A stretch of 62,132 bases of DNA, the filler included, from Sluysia triapertura (Eukaryota), in NCBI GenBank assembly GCA_046118255.1. It is 5 parts of 5 records of this genome, joined end to end, with 100 filler letters (N's around TTAATTAATTAA, not from the genome) between each part and the next. Parts side by side here need not be neighbours in the genome. Positions count along the whole stretch, not along the records: positions 1 to 11,388 come from JBJNIA010185246.1; positions 11,489 to 22,514 come from JBJNIA010189964.1; 3 more parts are not named here. One strand, 5' to 3'. Below are positions 1 to 13,879 of this stretch, piece by piece; positions within the stretch are counted from its first letter, which is position 1; each line of letters begins with the position of its first letter. The notes beneath the pieces were generated by a model. It ran no database searches, was not told the origin of the DNA, and saw only the letters and a list, made by a program, of their open reading frames with translations. Position numbers and translations under genes: made by a program.

Positions 1-120
1 AGTCTTCATAAGGGTTTCAACACCATACAAAGGTCTTTGGAACTCCAAGGTGTTCTTCGGTTTCAAAATGATTATAAACATTTTACTATTCATTATTCTT
101 GCTCTGGGAATGTTTAATTA
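1..120 (+). repeat. Fragment of dispersed repeat family (module A)
   Basis: gtcttcataagggtttcaa...ggtttcaaaatgattataaacatttt also occurs at ~47410-47520 (+), and reverse-complemented at ~36445-36545 and ~47630-47720. Confidence 0.8.
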
Positions 121-2159
121 TATTTATATTGTTAGTTATACAAACAATTGAAACTTATAAAAATAAATAATTTATAAAATTTGCCGAGTCTTCTACAAAT
201 AATTGTGCATAACTATGACAACATTAACGATATCACAAATCGAATCGTACTAGTTTACATTAATTCGATGTTATTTGAGTTAATTTTACCATAATATTAT
301 AAATGATTTTCATTTTTTTAACAAATAATTTATTTATTAATTTACATTCTCATTTTTTTCTTCTAGATTTTACATTTTATATATTATTTTTTTTGTTTCA
401 TGGATTTTTTTCTTTTTTAGGCTTTTTAAGTGAACATTTTTGGAATTAAAACAAAATTTCATAATAAAGTTTTCCATTTCATTTCATTCTTATCTTTATC
501 ATCAGTTTTTGGTCAAATTTCTTTGCTCACTGTTTTTACATCAAGCAAAAAGAAGAGCACCATTCTTAATATAATTAGAAAATAAATACCTAAAATTAAA
601 ACATAATCACCAAAATATTTTTTCTTAAATCAACTACTAACAAATTAAAATTTACTTATTAGGTTCGCCTACGATTAACGTTTTACGCTTGTTGCGACGC
701 TCTCGTAGGATTTGTTAGTATTTTAATGAGGGTCTGAAAATTTTCAATCGATTTTATGTTGTTGGTGAAATAAACGTGTCGATATAATTTTGTTCTAACT
801 TTTGCAGTAATATATTAATGGTTTAAATGATTTATCTAAATATCTTTATACTTATTTAAACGAATTCTAATTAATGATCCATCGAAAATAAAAATTTATT
901 TTATCACTTATTACTATATACAATTCTTCGCCTACTGTATACGTCAATAATTTTTTATTTTAATTCTTTGTCAATGTTAACTCTTTTTAACTCTTCTACT
1001 TCAATTTTATATAAACTTTAATTATAATATTCTAGAAATTAATTTAAGTCAATCTAACAAAAATCTCTTATTAATATTGGCTAGTCTTATTGAATTCCTT
1101 CTAAATAATTCCTTTATTAATTTCATTTTTCTTTTCTTTTTAATCTTTTGATCAACTTTGTAAATTTTTTTGCAATTTATTGATTTTTAAAAAATCAATA
1201 AATAAAAATTTTTTGAAGATTTATTGGATAAAACAATAAACGATTGTAAAAATAAAAATGCCAAAAGAAAAAAAATCAAATAAAGAAATAATAAATAATA
1301 CTTGATTATTATAATTAATTCTCTAATATATATTTTAATAATTTATCAAAACTTAGATTTTTTTCTAACTAAAATGAGAAATTTATCGTTATTCTTATTT
1401 TGAGTAAGATTTTTGTGTCTTGAAAGAAAATCAGACAAAATCTTATGAATAAAAAAACTCGTTTAATATAAAAACGAGCGAGTCGAGCAGTATGATTATC
1501 AAATTTTCTGCCAAATTTTCAAATGTCTTAAAACGAGTTTTGAGTTTTTATCAAGCCAACAAGTATAAATGTCTTTAAGCAATTACAGAATTTTCTTTAA
1601 CAAATATAAATATCTTCACAGTGATATCCATCAAAAAATTTAAACAATGATTTTCACCAAATTAGAGAAATCGTCACTTCTCTATAAGTTTCATCAGAGA
1701 TTATAAAACTCGGTTATGAAGAATCTACTTCACGAATAGAATCTCGAAACTTGTGTACCGATTATTGTGAGCGCTCTTTTTACATCTACTCAAAATTCAG
1801 ATTTAATTTATTTTATATAGGTACAATAAGTAATTTTTATTTATTGTTCTAAGAAAATTTGACATTTATTTATTTAATTTTATTTTAAACTATTCAAAAA
1901 TTCAATTTTATTTGTTTAAATAAGTAATGTTTATTTATGAAATTTCGTCCAAGTAATATTATTATTATTATTCATTATTATTATTATTTTCTAGTAATTA
2001 TTATTAATATTATTATTATTTTCTAATTTCAGATTTGAAGATGGACCAACTTAACCTTACAAATATATAATTAAATAAAAATAAGCTTAAAGTTTGATAA
2101 AATTAAATGTATAAATACAAAATTTATGTTTCTTAGGTTGCCATTATAATACTTATTAA

Positions 2160-2160
<1 letters not shown>

Positions 2161-2199
<39 letters not shown>

Positions 2200-2255
2200 T
2201 TAATATTAATATTAATAATATTAATAATATTATTATTAATATTAATATTAATAAT
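2161..2255. repeat. (AAT)n microsatellite grading into AATATT repeats
   Basis: Read directly from sequence. Confidence 0.95.
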
Positions 2256-5200
2256 AAATAACAATAACTATATTATTGATAATTATAACAATATCATAAT
2301 AATTTTCAGACTATTAAGCCAGCGTAAATTGTAAATTAAAAATAGTGTTTTTTTTACTTTATATGTTATAACATTAATTTCAGAATTTTTGTGTCGGTGA
2401 ATTTTTTCTTTTTGACTAATTTTCTCCTAGTAGTACTTTCCAAAAAATCAAAAAATGTTAAATTAAAATTAAGCTGTAAATGTGTTCTCTTTTATTACTG
2501 ATATCTTATTCGTTATATTTGTGAGAGTTTTTATTTTATTTTTCTCAGAATAAAGATGAGAATGTGGAAGTTCACCAACGCAGCTAGCCGTTGGATTTTA
2601 AAAGTAAGCAACTGTATGAGGTCAAATCGTAATCCAATAATGCACACTGAATGAATGTTTAAGTATATTTATATCTCTGTAATTAAGTCACTTTAGTATA
2701 TTTCTATCAGTTAAAAAATTTTACGAACGATTCTTTTTAAAAAGAATTAGGGATTGTAAATAATGTATTTTACAAATTTCGAAATAAATGTTAATAAAGA
2801 TTGTCAAAATATTATTAATTGTGATTTTAAGTACAATCTTATTAAACAGGATTTTTACAATTCCGATAAATTTAAGAGGAATTAGGTACAAAGATTAATT
2901 TTAATGTTTTAAAACTATTTAATTTACGTGTCATTCTTCAAAATGAATCAATAATCAACTCGAACAATAAAAGTTTTAGGCACTAATACGTATATTATCA
3001 AGATAAAACAAAGATTATTTTACATTACTTCGCGACTAATACAAAAATATTTTTGTAATAAATATTATGCGATATTAACTATAATCAAGTTAATAACATA
3101 TAAAAAGTAATTTTAGATTGTATTTTACGAAGAAACCCTGATATGGTCCCGAATAAAAAAATAATAATAGTTTAAGTAGATTTTACGGGATACCTAAAAG
3201 TACACAAACTTAATACGAATAGACTACCGACTTCGAAAAATTTAGCCTCCAGATAAATTCTAAAAAACAACTATTGGCAACAATTAATTTATTAATTTTT
3301 TTAACTCTAAAGTGTTAACTATTTTTACTGGTTTAAAAACCGACTTGTTTCAATTAATTTAAATATTTAAGAAATAAACAGTTAATTTAAACAAAAATCT
3401 AAAAATAATTTTAACAATTAATTTTAATAAAAATAATTACTTTACATTGTATTTTTCAAAATAAACATCATATTCCAAATTTCAAATCAAAATATTGTGA
3501 TTAAAAATTATAAATAATATAAATAAAATCAATATTATAACTGAACAAATTTGAATCAATAATTATAAATACAAATGTTACAACAAATCACATATAGTCA
3601 CATGTATGTATATTATCTATTACATATTTGTGTGGTTGGTGTGTGATTAAAATATTGTAAATTATTGTTTAAATTTTACTTGGAGAAAAACTGAACTTTT
3701 AGTTAACATTTACAGATCTTCCGTTTCGTTTTTGATGTTGCTATAGACACGCATCCGTGGATTGTAGCCGAACCCGTACTTAAAATACTTCTCAGTTAGA
3801 AAAAATGTAGTGCATTCGTTATATTCTTAATTGCTGTGCCTTTAAATCCTAATTAACGTTGCATATTAAGTTATTAATATTTACTGTGCTTTTTCTATTT
3901 TGTATTATTGACATATTCAACTTATTCGAGTTCCTTACGATGTTAGACTTACTCAAGAGCTATCACATAAGTGACCCATAAAATAGGATTAGTTAAATAC
4001 AAAAAAGAATTTCTTTTTTGAGAAGTTCTTTAATTTCTTGGCTCTCAAAGTTCGTAGAAGGTCTAATGGGATAATTTCAACGATTTGCTTTCGTCTTATT
4101 ACGGTGACGATTTTAAATAATGATTTTGCGTAAGATCCCGATTAAATATGATCTATAAACAAAAGATTTAATATTTAATTCAACGGTATAAAAGTAGATT
4201 TTTAATTGGAATTTTTAATTTATATTAATACAATGATCAAAATTAAATTATAATACAATGTTCGAAGAAATTAAATTATATATAAGTAATATAATATGAT
4301 TATAATTGCAAATAAAAAACTGTTTTACAAGATTAAAACCCCAATGGCTATTAATCTAAGTTTAAAATCGTAATTTAAAAGGGAGTTTACTTCAATCTAA
4401 TTAAAAGATAATTAAATGTTTTTATTATTAATTTAAGTGGATATTACAACGAATTAAAATTTTGTTAGACTTAAATAAACTAAACTAACAATAATTTCGA
4501 AAACAAAAAACCCTTGTGCACAAAAATATCTTCGTAAATAGAAGTCAGCAAAATGTCCTTGGAAATAAGATATCTTCTTAAATAAGTGTCCTCGTAAACC
4601 AAAGTGTGATATAATATTTAACTAAATTTGTGTTGTTATAGTTGTAACTTTGTGTTCAAAAATTCGTGTTTATACAGTTTGATATAATAAAACAAAATTA
4701 CACAATTTGATATGATGAAACAAAACCTATTCTAAAATTAATACACAATTAAATTTTTCTCATTTAAAAATTAATTTATCGATTGAATAATTTTATATTA
4801 ATTTTTCAAATTAATTTATCAATATAAAATAATTTTAAGATTAAAATAGTAATTTTAACATTTAAATTAGTAACATTAGTAATGTTAAATCAATCAAATG
4901 TTGTGTAATTCGATTAAATGTCATATAATATAATTGCACACAAAGTCTGTAAATATATCTATAAATGTACAGGTTTATAAATATATAAATATATCTATAA
5001 AATAATACATACGCTGCCATTATTAACCTACGGCAAAAGAATTTTAATACGGTTCTGCTATTATACACGGTTTTGAATGTGCACCATGAGTGACTATAAT
5101 TAAAAACAATTTATTAGTTTTTGATTAAAGTCTGAGGATTTTTAATCTTCAAATATGTATTAAAATTTTAGAGCGATTTTAACCCTAATAAACGTTTTAC

Positions 5201-6032
5201 AATGTGAATAGTAAATTGATTGAATTACACTAAATAATACAATAAATTTTCTGGAAAGAATAACATGACGCCTAAATAATGACCAAATAAATTGATTCAA
5301 ATTGTGTGATAATGATTGAAAATGATCTTACTTATATAGTAATACTCAACCAATTTCTTATAAGTTTTTTATTAATTTTCTACTTACTTTCACAAATGAA
5401 TTTAAAAGATTTCAATAATTTATTTTAAAAAAATGCTTAAATATTATCTATTTACTTAAATGAGTAGATAATTTATTACTAAAATTATAACTTTTATTAT
5501 TATTTTTTAATTATTGTTATTATTAATTTTTCTAAAATGAAAATGTGAGTACTGACAACCTAATACATTATTTCTTGTAAACTTGTGATCCTTAAAAATT
5601 AATTAAAAATAATTTTTTGTGAAATATAATACTGCTTAAATTATAGGAACATTAAGTTAATAAATTTTAATTATTTTACTATTTCTTAATGTTATTAATT
5701 TTAAATTTAAAATATCGATAATTTTTATCTATTTTCAGTTGTAAAGGTCTAAGTTTTTTAATTAAATTTTTATATATTAAAATATTTTTAATTCAAAAAA
5801 TTATTTAATCTGAAGATATATTTTTACTGAGCTCTTAAAAATAATAATATGTTATTAAAAAATTACTATACTTTTTTATTATGCAATTCTCAACTTCAAT
5901 AATAAATATATTTTGAATACGTTTTTATCAATTTTGAAATATTTTAACAAATTACAATTTGTTTAAATGAATCACTTTTTATTAATTTTTATATTATTTT
6001 ATTTAAAAATAGGAAATTTTTTATCATTTACA

Positions 6033-6438
6033 ATGGGTAAAAAATTATCAAAGGTATCTCTAAAGAAGTTGCCAAATAAGAAACATTCTAGTACAATTAT
6101 TCCTGAAAAAAGCGTACCTAAGGTACCTGCCAAACCAGAATTTCGGAAATATATTCTTCGAGCATTGTATACTTATGATGCTTGTTCTGAATCTGAATTA
6201 ACATTTAATGCTGGTGATATTCTAAAACCATTGGAAAATCCTGAAGATAAATTATGGTTTAAAGCTCAATTAATTGATACATTAGAAACTGGATTTGTTC
6301 CGTATAATTATGTAGTTATTGAAGATGGTTCTCCTACGAGTATGGATGTTTATTATGATGTAGATCGAGCAGAAGCTGAGAGATTGCTACAAATTATGGG
6401 TAATCCTGATGGAACGTATTTAATTAGACCGAGTACAG
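6033..6438 (+). CDS. First coding exon of a Src-family-like non-receptor tyrosine kinase or SH3-SH2 protein (myristoylation motif, SH3, start of SH2); later exons not found in this contig
   Basis: ATG 6033 gives MGKKLSK (G2/S6/K7 myristoylation consensus); SH3 ALYTYDACSESELTFNAGDIL...WFKA...GFVPYNYV; SH2 start RAEAERLL...GTYLIRPS; acceptor AG at 6011-6012; donor AG|GTAAAT at 6438/6439. Confidence 0.85.
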
Positions 6439-7699
6439 GTAAATTGAATTTTTATAAATTTAGACAGATAGAAAGTGTCAAGTGTAAGTTAAATAATTTA
6501 TTTTAACTAGTGCTAGTGATTTGATTATAGAATAAATTTGTAAGATATTATCCGTTTTAAATATATTCTAAAACTGATGATGAGATAAAAGATTTAGTAT
6601 AAAATTAAATAAGATCAGCGATCAAATTTTTGTTACTTTGTAAGTTATAAGTTTATAATATTCAACACCACTTTCAATAGTTTATAATGAATTATAGATA
6701 AACAATTTATTTAAGAGAAATAGTTCAATTATACATAAAATAAATATTGTTAATTCTACATATTAAATTTTAAGCATAAGATCGTTATTTTCATCTTTGA
6801 ACTACTGATATGTAAATATAATAAAAAGAATTTTGTAATGCATATCTGAAACTTTTGAGGGATTTAACTGAATTCGTCTACAATCTACGACTTAAAACGT
6901 ATATGAGGTGTATCTTTAGATATGACTACTATTAACACTGGAAGGTCCACGTGCGTACTTTCAGAAATGTGTTGGAATTAAGGTTATGACATCATCGTAT
7001 TTTTTTCATAATTTTCCAGTGATAGCACTTGGTTCTTCTAATGTTCAAATTAAGCAAAATTTATGTCTACCACATTTCCTTATTTGCCTATGTCTGTGAT
7101 GAGGCTCAATTTATGACGTGTAATTTAATTTTAATAAATAATAAAAATAAACATCTTACAACTAATAAAATATTCGACAAAATCATGAATCGTAAGTATA
7201 CGTTTTTAGATCATCAAATAGTTCTTTGTTCTAACTTTTAACATCATAAAGTGACTTCAGAAATATATTTTACCTACTAAAAATGTTTACAAAAACAACT
7301 CTAATAATGTACATGATTAAAACAATTGTTCACATAATAACCAATGAAAAATAATTTGTTACTGTTAATTGTCTTAAAAAACATGATCAATAGCTAAATA
7401 CTCTCTGCAGATTGATTTTAAAGGAACCAAGAATTGATATTTGATTTAATAATTTTAATAGTAACAATAATAATAATAATCATAAATAAAATCATTGCTG
7501 CATGGATTTTACGTTTACAAACCAATGAAATGTGTCTCGGATGTATTAGGTGTCAATTCATATTTCATTGGAGCAAACTAAATTGTAATTATCATTGTTT
7601 TGTAAGTTTGATTTTATTGTAAACATTATTATTATTACTATTTATTATTATTATTATTATTTATTATTATTATTATTATTGTAAAAATTAAAAAATTAT

Positions 7700-8070
7700 T
7701 TGTTTATGTTTTAACGAAATTATATGTGTTTGTAAAAAATTTAAATATAGATATAGTTTATAAAATTTGAAAATGTCTGAATGCTGTTTTATACTTTTTG
7801 TAGAATTTGTGTATGCTCGTAATGAACTCTTTGTCTCTGCTAATAATCTAAATTTCTCTACTTGTACCAATTCTTATTCTTTAATAATAATTTAAACTTC
7901 TTTAATAATATTCTCACTTGGTATTGCTACTTTAATTTAACTGGAGGTATAATCTTTTATTTAATGTAAATTTTCTCTAATAATTAACTCTACAAATAAT
8001 ATTTATACTTTTTCTATTATATTTGCCTTATCTGGAAGTGTGAACTCGAACACTCGAAATAGAAGTGCTT
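7700..8070 (-). mobile_element. Decayed Penelope-like element fragment (GIY-YIG C-terminal region); related copy at ~60650-60960
   Basis: The two regions align by eye (aatgtctgaatg...taatattctcactt...gaagtgtgaa.tcg); broken minus-strand frames give LLEKIYIK/KRLYLQLN and ERIYIDRRLYFQLN, resembling the E.LYI...P.LN motif of Penelope endonucleases. Confidence 0.4.
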
Positions 8071-9959
8071 AATTTTTCAAAATCTATTTACTCGAATATT
8101 TATGTGTTTTAATATTAGAAACTTTACTTTGATTTATTAAACTTGTCGGATTTGCTTTGAAAAACCTTTAAATTTCTCAATATACTTTATAGGAATCTTT
8201 AAACGTTTTCTTATTTTATTTTTAACTTAACTTGTTAATAAATATATCTAAACTATTAAATTCTTTTATAAAGTTAATATTATAAAAATTTACTTTTATT
8301 TTACTTTACATAAATCCGGAAATAATTCTAGCCCCTTGTACGCTGTTGAATTTCAATATTTTCGGAATTGTTAATAATGTGAAAATATTTCAATGTTTTC
8401 TTAAATCAGTAAAGTTGTTCGTTTTTTGCTTTGAAATTAGTATTTATATACAAAATTATTTCCTGTTAATTATCATATAACGTCGAATTTACTTATAATA
8501 AACAGTTATTAATAAGAATTATTATTGATTAATGTTAATTATGAAATTATTTATAAGAATACATGCAACAAATTGTATACGGATAAAATTATTATTATTT
8601 ATAAGAATTATTTCCCGTCTTTACACTTTATTATTATTACATATAATTTTGTCTAATCAAATCTTTAATTGAAGTTAATTTTGATCGACAATAATGTTGA
8701 TAATTTTTGATTACATACACGTTCTATTAAATCTTAATATAATTTTATCTTACACATAATATTTTAAATAGTGTTTTTGCAACAATCTTGATCGGATTTT
8801 ATGTTATTAAAGTTTGATTTCTTATTACTGTTATTGATTCTTAATCTAAAATGATTTTGTTTATTTTAGTAGTACAGTTTGATGTTTTAATTTTATATTG
8901 TCTTTATTAAATCTCACTTTAAAATGATTATTTATAGATTTTCACTTTAAATTTAATTGTTATTTGTTACTAATTTTTGAATTTATATTAAATGTAATCT
9001 CATTTTAAATTAATACAACATAATCTCAGTAATTTTTTGAGCATTATTTTTAAAATTTTTATATTATTTTGGAATTAAAATACTCGTGAATAATTATTTT
9101 TATAGTACAAATGAGTATTATTTTTAAGATGTGAAGTATTGCGAAATATTAATATATTATTAAATTATTATCATTATTGGAATGTTGTAATGGCTGGAAA
9201 GTACTAAAAGAATCCAATTTTAAATAAAACTTCCAACTATTTATAGTGGACAAAATGTGACTTGTATATTATCACGTAGATCAACGAAGTCATTCAATAA
9301 ATGTAGTAGTAAAAGAAGAAACAAACATTCATCTTTAATTCATAATACAAACGGGAAATCCAAATAATAAACAATGTTGATTCTTGAGGTATGTGAATTG
9401 GTTTGATGACGATAATGATGAGGAAAGTGATGAAACTGACCTGAAGAACAATGAGAAACGGTTTTCAGTTCGTTTGATAATGATGAAAATGATAAGTTAA
9501 ATCATCTGAAACTATGAATCTACTTGATCAATGTGCATCTGGTTTTATTTCAAGATATGATAGATTGATTTATTAATATATTATCAGTATGCTCTAATAT
9601 TCATTTTATTTGTATTTATCATTTTTATCACGTATTTAAGTTATATTATAATTGATAATCGTGTTTATTGTACTCTCTTTAAGACTAAAATTCTAAGTTT
9701 ACGCATCTTAATTAACTTTATTACGTAGACAAATACTAAGTTTTGTCTAAATTAGATAGCAGTTTGGATGGCAATTGAAATAAATCTTAACCGAAATTCG
9801 AAATTAAATTATATTTCAATGAAATTAGTAAGCGGTAACTTATATAATGATTTAGTCGATAGTGAAGATTTCTTAAATTTAAAACTTAACATTCCTGAAA
9901 TTATGAAACTTAAATTTAATTTAATTGGTTTAAGGAAGTGATTAAAAATAAAAGTCTGC

Positions 9960-10140
9960 TATTAAACTATCAAAATTCATACTAAGAATCTTTTCACGAG
10001 TAACATCAGTCTTACGAAAATTTTAAGTAACATAAATAAGACCCTTTCACTTTTAATAATATCATACGTTTAACTTCTTGTCCTTCCTCGGTCATCAATA
10101 TCAATTTACTATTCTTATGCATCGAACACAATTTCAAAAC
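9960..10140 (-). mobile_element. Decayed Penelope-like reverse transcriptase C-terminal fragment
   Basis: Broken minus-strand frames give SMHKNSKL, IFRKT and MNFDS, resembling PLE RT thumb motifs (LNS.H..IKFT, VYRK.T, LNF.S). Confidence 0.35.
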
Positions 10141-11388
10141 GTTCTGCCATTACACAATTACATCACATTAGAAAAATGTCTATATAAATCACAATAATAT
10201 GTACTATTATTTGAAAAAAAGGTCAACATAAAAGTTAATATCTTTATAAAACAAGAAAATAATGCACACATGCTATTATCGAGTAAGTAATGAAAAATAA
10301 CGCAAGGTAGTAAGAAAACATCGATTCAATACGCAATGAATTTAAATTTACATTATTATCTTTTATATTATTTCATTAAGCTTGCAAAATAAGTTTGAAG
10401 GGTTCGCCTGTAGTTTACGACTTTAACTGGAAATTTCAGTAGGAAGTTTAAATGTCAACATTTTGTATCTATTCTCTAGACCATGAGCTATTTAATCGGT
10501 TTTAGTCAAGTTTTTATATTAATTGTACCAGTATTTGTTCATGTTTTAACTACTAATTTAAATCTCTGGCACCAATTCTAATTAATTTCAACATTATGGC
10601 TTATTCAGTTATTTCTCTATCTTACTATTATTTTATCTTTACTATTATTTAATTTTTATGATAAAAACAATGTAGTTTACAAATTATTAAAATTATATAA
10701 TAAATGTAAAATATACAAAATTGTTTCAATAAGAATAAATCTTAATTGTTTGATTATTTAAATTGATAAATATTTTATATCTGGCTTAAGCTTGATCAAA
10801 GCACAATGAAATTTAAGTGGGTATATTATGACTTTAGTCTTACAAAAACAAACTTACGGAATTTAAATGAATAGTCTCCGAAAGTTTCGATCGAGTAAAA
10901 AGAATCTTCTGGGACACAAAAATTTAAATTAATATTCTACATTTGTTGAATTAAATTTTGTAGTGTCACACCTGTACGTTTCATTTTGTTTTTAAATGCA
11001 TCCATTAATAAACACAAATACAATTCACTCTAAACTTATTCATGAACATCTCATCCATCTCATAACATCATCATATCTCGCTAGACTTATAAATTCATAA
11101 GATTAAATCATTAGCATGCAAAAGTTTTATTATTTATCAATTAATTGTAGCATTTCTTGCCGATGTCGTTTTCTTCTTCCTCCTTGCAGCACCTATCGGA
11201 TTTTAATTTTTCCTTATACACATATTAGAAAATTTTATACAATTCGTGATTCGTTCCAAAACTTAAATTTCCTTTTTTTGAAAATTCGTTATATTAATAT
11301 TGATATGGAGTAATGTAATTTGGTTGTGTTATTTAATGATTTAAATTGAATTAAAATCATGAAAAGGTTTGAGGGCTCGATTTTATAT

Positions 11389-11488
11389 NNNNNNNNNNNN
11401 NNNNNNNNNNNNNNNNNNNNNNNNNNNNNNNNTTAATTAATTAANNNNNNNNNNNNNNNNNNNNNNNNNNNNNNNNNNNNNNNNNNNN
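11389..11488. other. Artificial contig spacer (44 N + TTAATTAATTAA + 44 N)
   Basis: Identical 100-bp structure at all four gaps; the 12-mer gives stops in all six frames. Confidence 0.97.
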
Positions 11489-11498
11489 TATTGCACCC

Positions 11499-11499
11499 T

Positions 11500-11548
<49 letters not shown>
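11499..11548. repeat. (CA)n(TA)n compound microsatellite at contig edge
   Basis: Read directly from sequence. Confidence 0.95.
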
Positions 11549-11552
<4 letters not shown>

Positions 11553-13168
11553 GATTTATTATTTCATAAAATAATTTTTGATAGCCCTTAGCGAGTTCTT
11601 AGCTTAGCATGAATCTTTGAATTAGTCACTAAATTATCTTGATTTATTTGAATTTCCAGACATTGAAAATATAGTCTACAAAATAATGTCCAAAAACTGC
11701 TTTAACAAAATAATGACGTAAAATTTTTTGGATATTTTTGATTCTTTCATTTAGTCCAGTATCATACCAAAAAATTAAAATAAATTATTTTGCCTATTTT
11801 CACCATAATGAAATAAAAACAATAAATACATAAAATATACTTGTAAATAGTTAAGCCAATATAATTTCGTGAATCCATTTATTTAACAGAGTAAAATACA
11901 TTTTCGTCTACTAAGCATAAACATATATATTTTAAAAATTGACCAAAGATTGTTTTTATTAGTAAATTGTTGATAAAGTATTCTAATATATTAATAATTA
12001 TCATGAACTATAAGTACATAATTATATTGCAGAAAATCTTTTCATAATGCAATTTTTAAAAGCTTTAAAAATTAATGCAAAGATAAGTAGTTCATAGATA
12101 TGATTATATACCAAATATAATTTTACATATTGAATTCTGGATTCAATCAATTATTTCAAATAAATAGTATCAAAGTTTTATAATAAAAGTAACTCATTAT
12201 ACATTCAGTGCATTCATTATACATTCATTATAGTTCAGAAAATAAACTATAGTAACAAAATATCTTTGTAGGTTATAAAGGGAATTACAGATATTTTATA
12301 TAAATAATCAGTTATTTCAACAATTTCTTTAGAAATGTATAATATTTAAATTGCGTTTTGTAATTATTTGTGCAGTTACTAACCTCATTTATTGTAGTTC
12401 CTACGATATTAGATTTCCAGCACTGTAGATTAATTTTTTAATGTTCTAATACTAAAAGTTAACTAAGTTTAGTTCCTGCAGAATAATAACGTAATATTCT
12501 ATTACCAATCAAAATTTTCAGCAGTAAAGTTTAAATATTAGTGACTCGAGCAAAATCTTATTTAAAAGTGTCACCCATTACAATTTACTAAGCGAGAATA
12601 TATAAGCAGCATTACTGATATCTGAAACATGTTACTTAGTGAATATTATAAATTTTTGAAAAATTTTAGAGTTGAATATAATGGTAGAGTTGAACCTTAA
12701 ATGTGTGGTGCATTCAGTTTGTTTTCAAAGATTTTAATTAAGTTAATTAAATGTACTTTTTATTTTTAGGTTGATTAAGATATATTACTTAGCTCTCACA
12801 TTCTAACAGTATTCAACATATACTTGTATCAAAATATAAAATACATTAAATAACATGTACATACTAGTTCTGGCTAACTTTTACTAACTGCCGCTAAAAG
12901 CGGAATATATAACGTATTACGTAAATTTTCCATGAATTACGTAAATCTTGCAATCAATTAAGTAAAATAAATATTTGAAAAATATAAATACTGAATTAGT
13001 TTTAAAATTAGATATTCTAAAAATTTCTTACCTCATTGAGTTGATTTCTTAAATTTTTTGCCTATTTATGACGACTCCAGATGAATCAAATCACCAACAA
13101 AAATAATTCTATTGGAAGTGTTTCTGAAGAAATCGATACTAGCAATACAAATTTCTTGTCAATATTAA

Positions 13169-13406
13169 CCCCTTAACTCGCACACTCGAATTAACTCGAG
13201 CGAGTTATTCTGACATGTTTAGGTAGAAAATATATCTAACCAACATATACTGATATAATAAATAAATATCATATTTTTCATTGTTTTTTTTGTTTTTGAA
13301 TTTTTTTTTGTAAATATCACACTAAAATATAGTTTAGTAAATAATGAGGCAATAAAAAAGTGAGTTTTTTTGGATGTTTTTTTGAAAAAAATTGAACTTT
13401 AAGGGG
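13169..13406. mobile_element. 238-bp non-autonomous piggyBac-type MITE
   Basis: TTAA|CCCCTTAA ... TTAAGGGG|TTAA: 8-bp terminal inverted repeats starting CCC and a TTAA target duplication (13165-13168, 13407-13410). Confidence 0.7.
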
Positions 13407-13879
13407 TTAATTATTACTTTAATTATTGCTTATCTTTCGTTGATTTCTTTTCTCGATAATCAATATTTATAAATCGTTTAATTTCACTTAGAACGTTTAT
13501 AAACTATAAACAATGAATCTACTTTTTACAAATAAAATAAAATGATCAATACTTTCAACTTAAATTCAATTAAAACAAATAAAAATATACAAAGTTTTAT
13601 TAAACAAAGTAAACAAAAGTTATAATAATACAATCAAATAAGGTTGAAATTAAGGATGTTCTCCTTAGTTAAATGAGATGAACCAAGATGAATTCTTGGC
13701 TTTTAAAAATAGGTGATATTTTACTTAACAATTTTCCATTTATATGTTTGGCGTCACAATCTGTACAAATAATTAAATAAGTTTAAAACATTTTTTACTT
13801 TTTCTTACTGCTTTTACAATTGTTGAAATAATTTTATCTATCTTTTCATGTTATCATACATCCATAAAAATATTTTTAT

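Noticed and set aside
5967-6032. Hydrophobic N-terminal extension of the 179-aa ORF, resembling a signal peptide
   Set aside because: It is AT-rich intron plus 5'UTR; an acceptor AG at 6011-6012 and the myristoylation motif point to ATG 6033
9432-9472. CTGAAGA...GAAACGGTT with AACTGA/TCAGTT pairing, hammerhead-like
   Set aside because: Stem II cannot form, and the region reads as an acidic coding relic (WFDDDNDEESDETDL); probably chance
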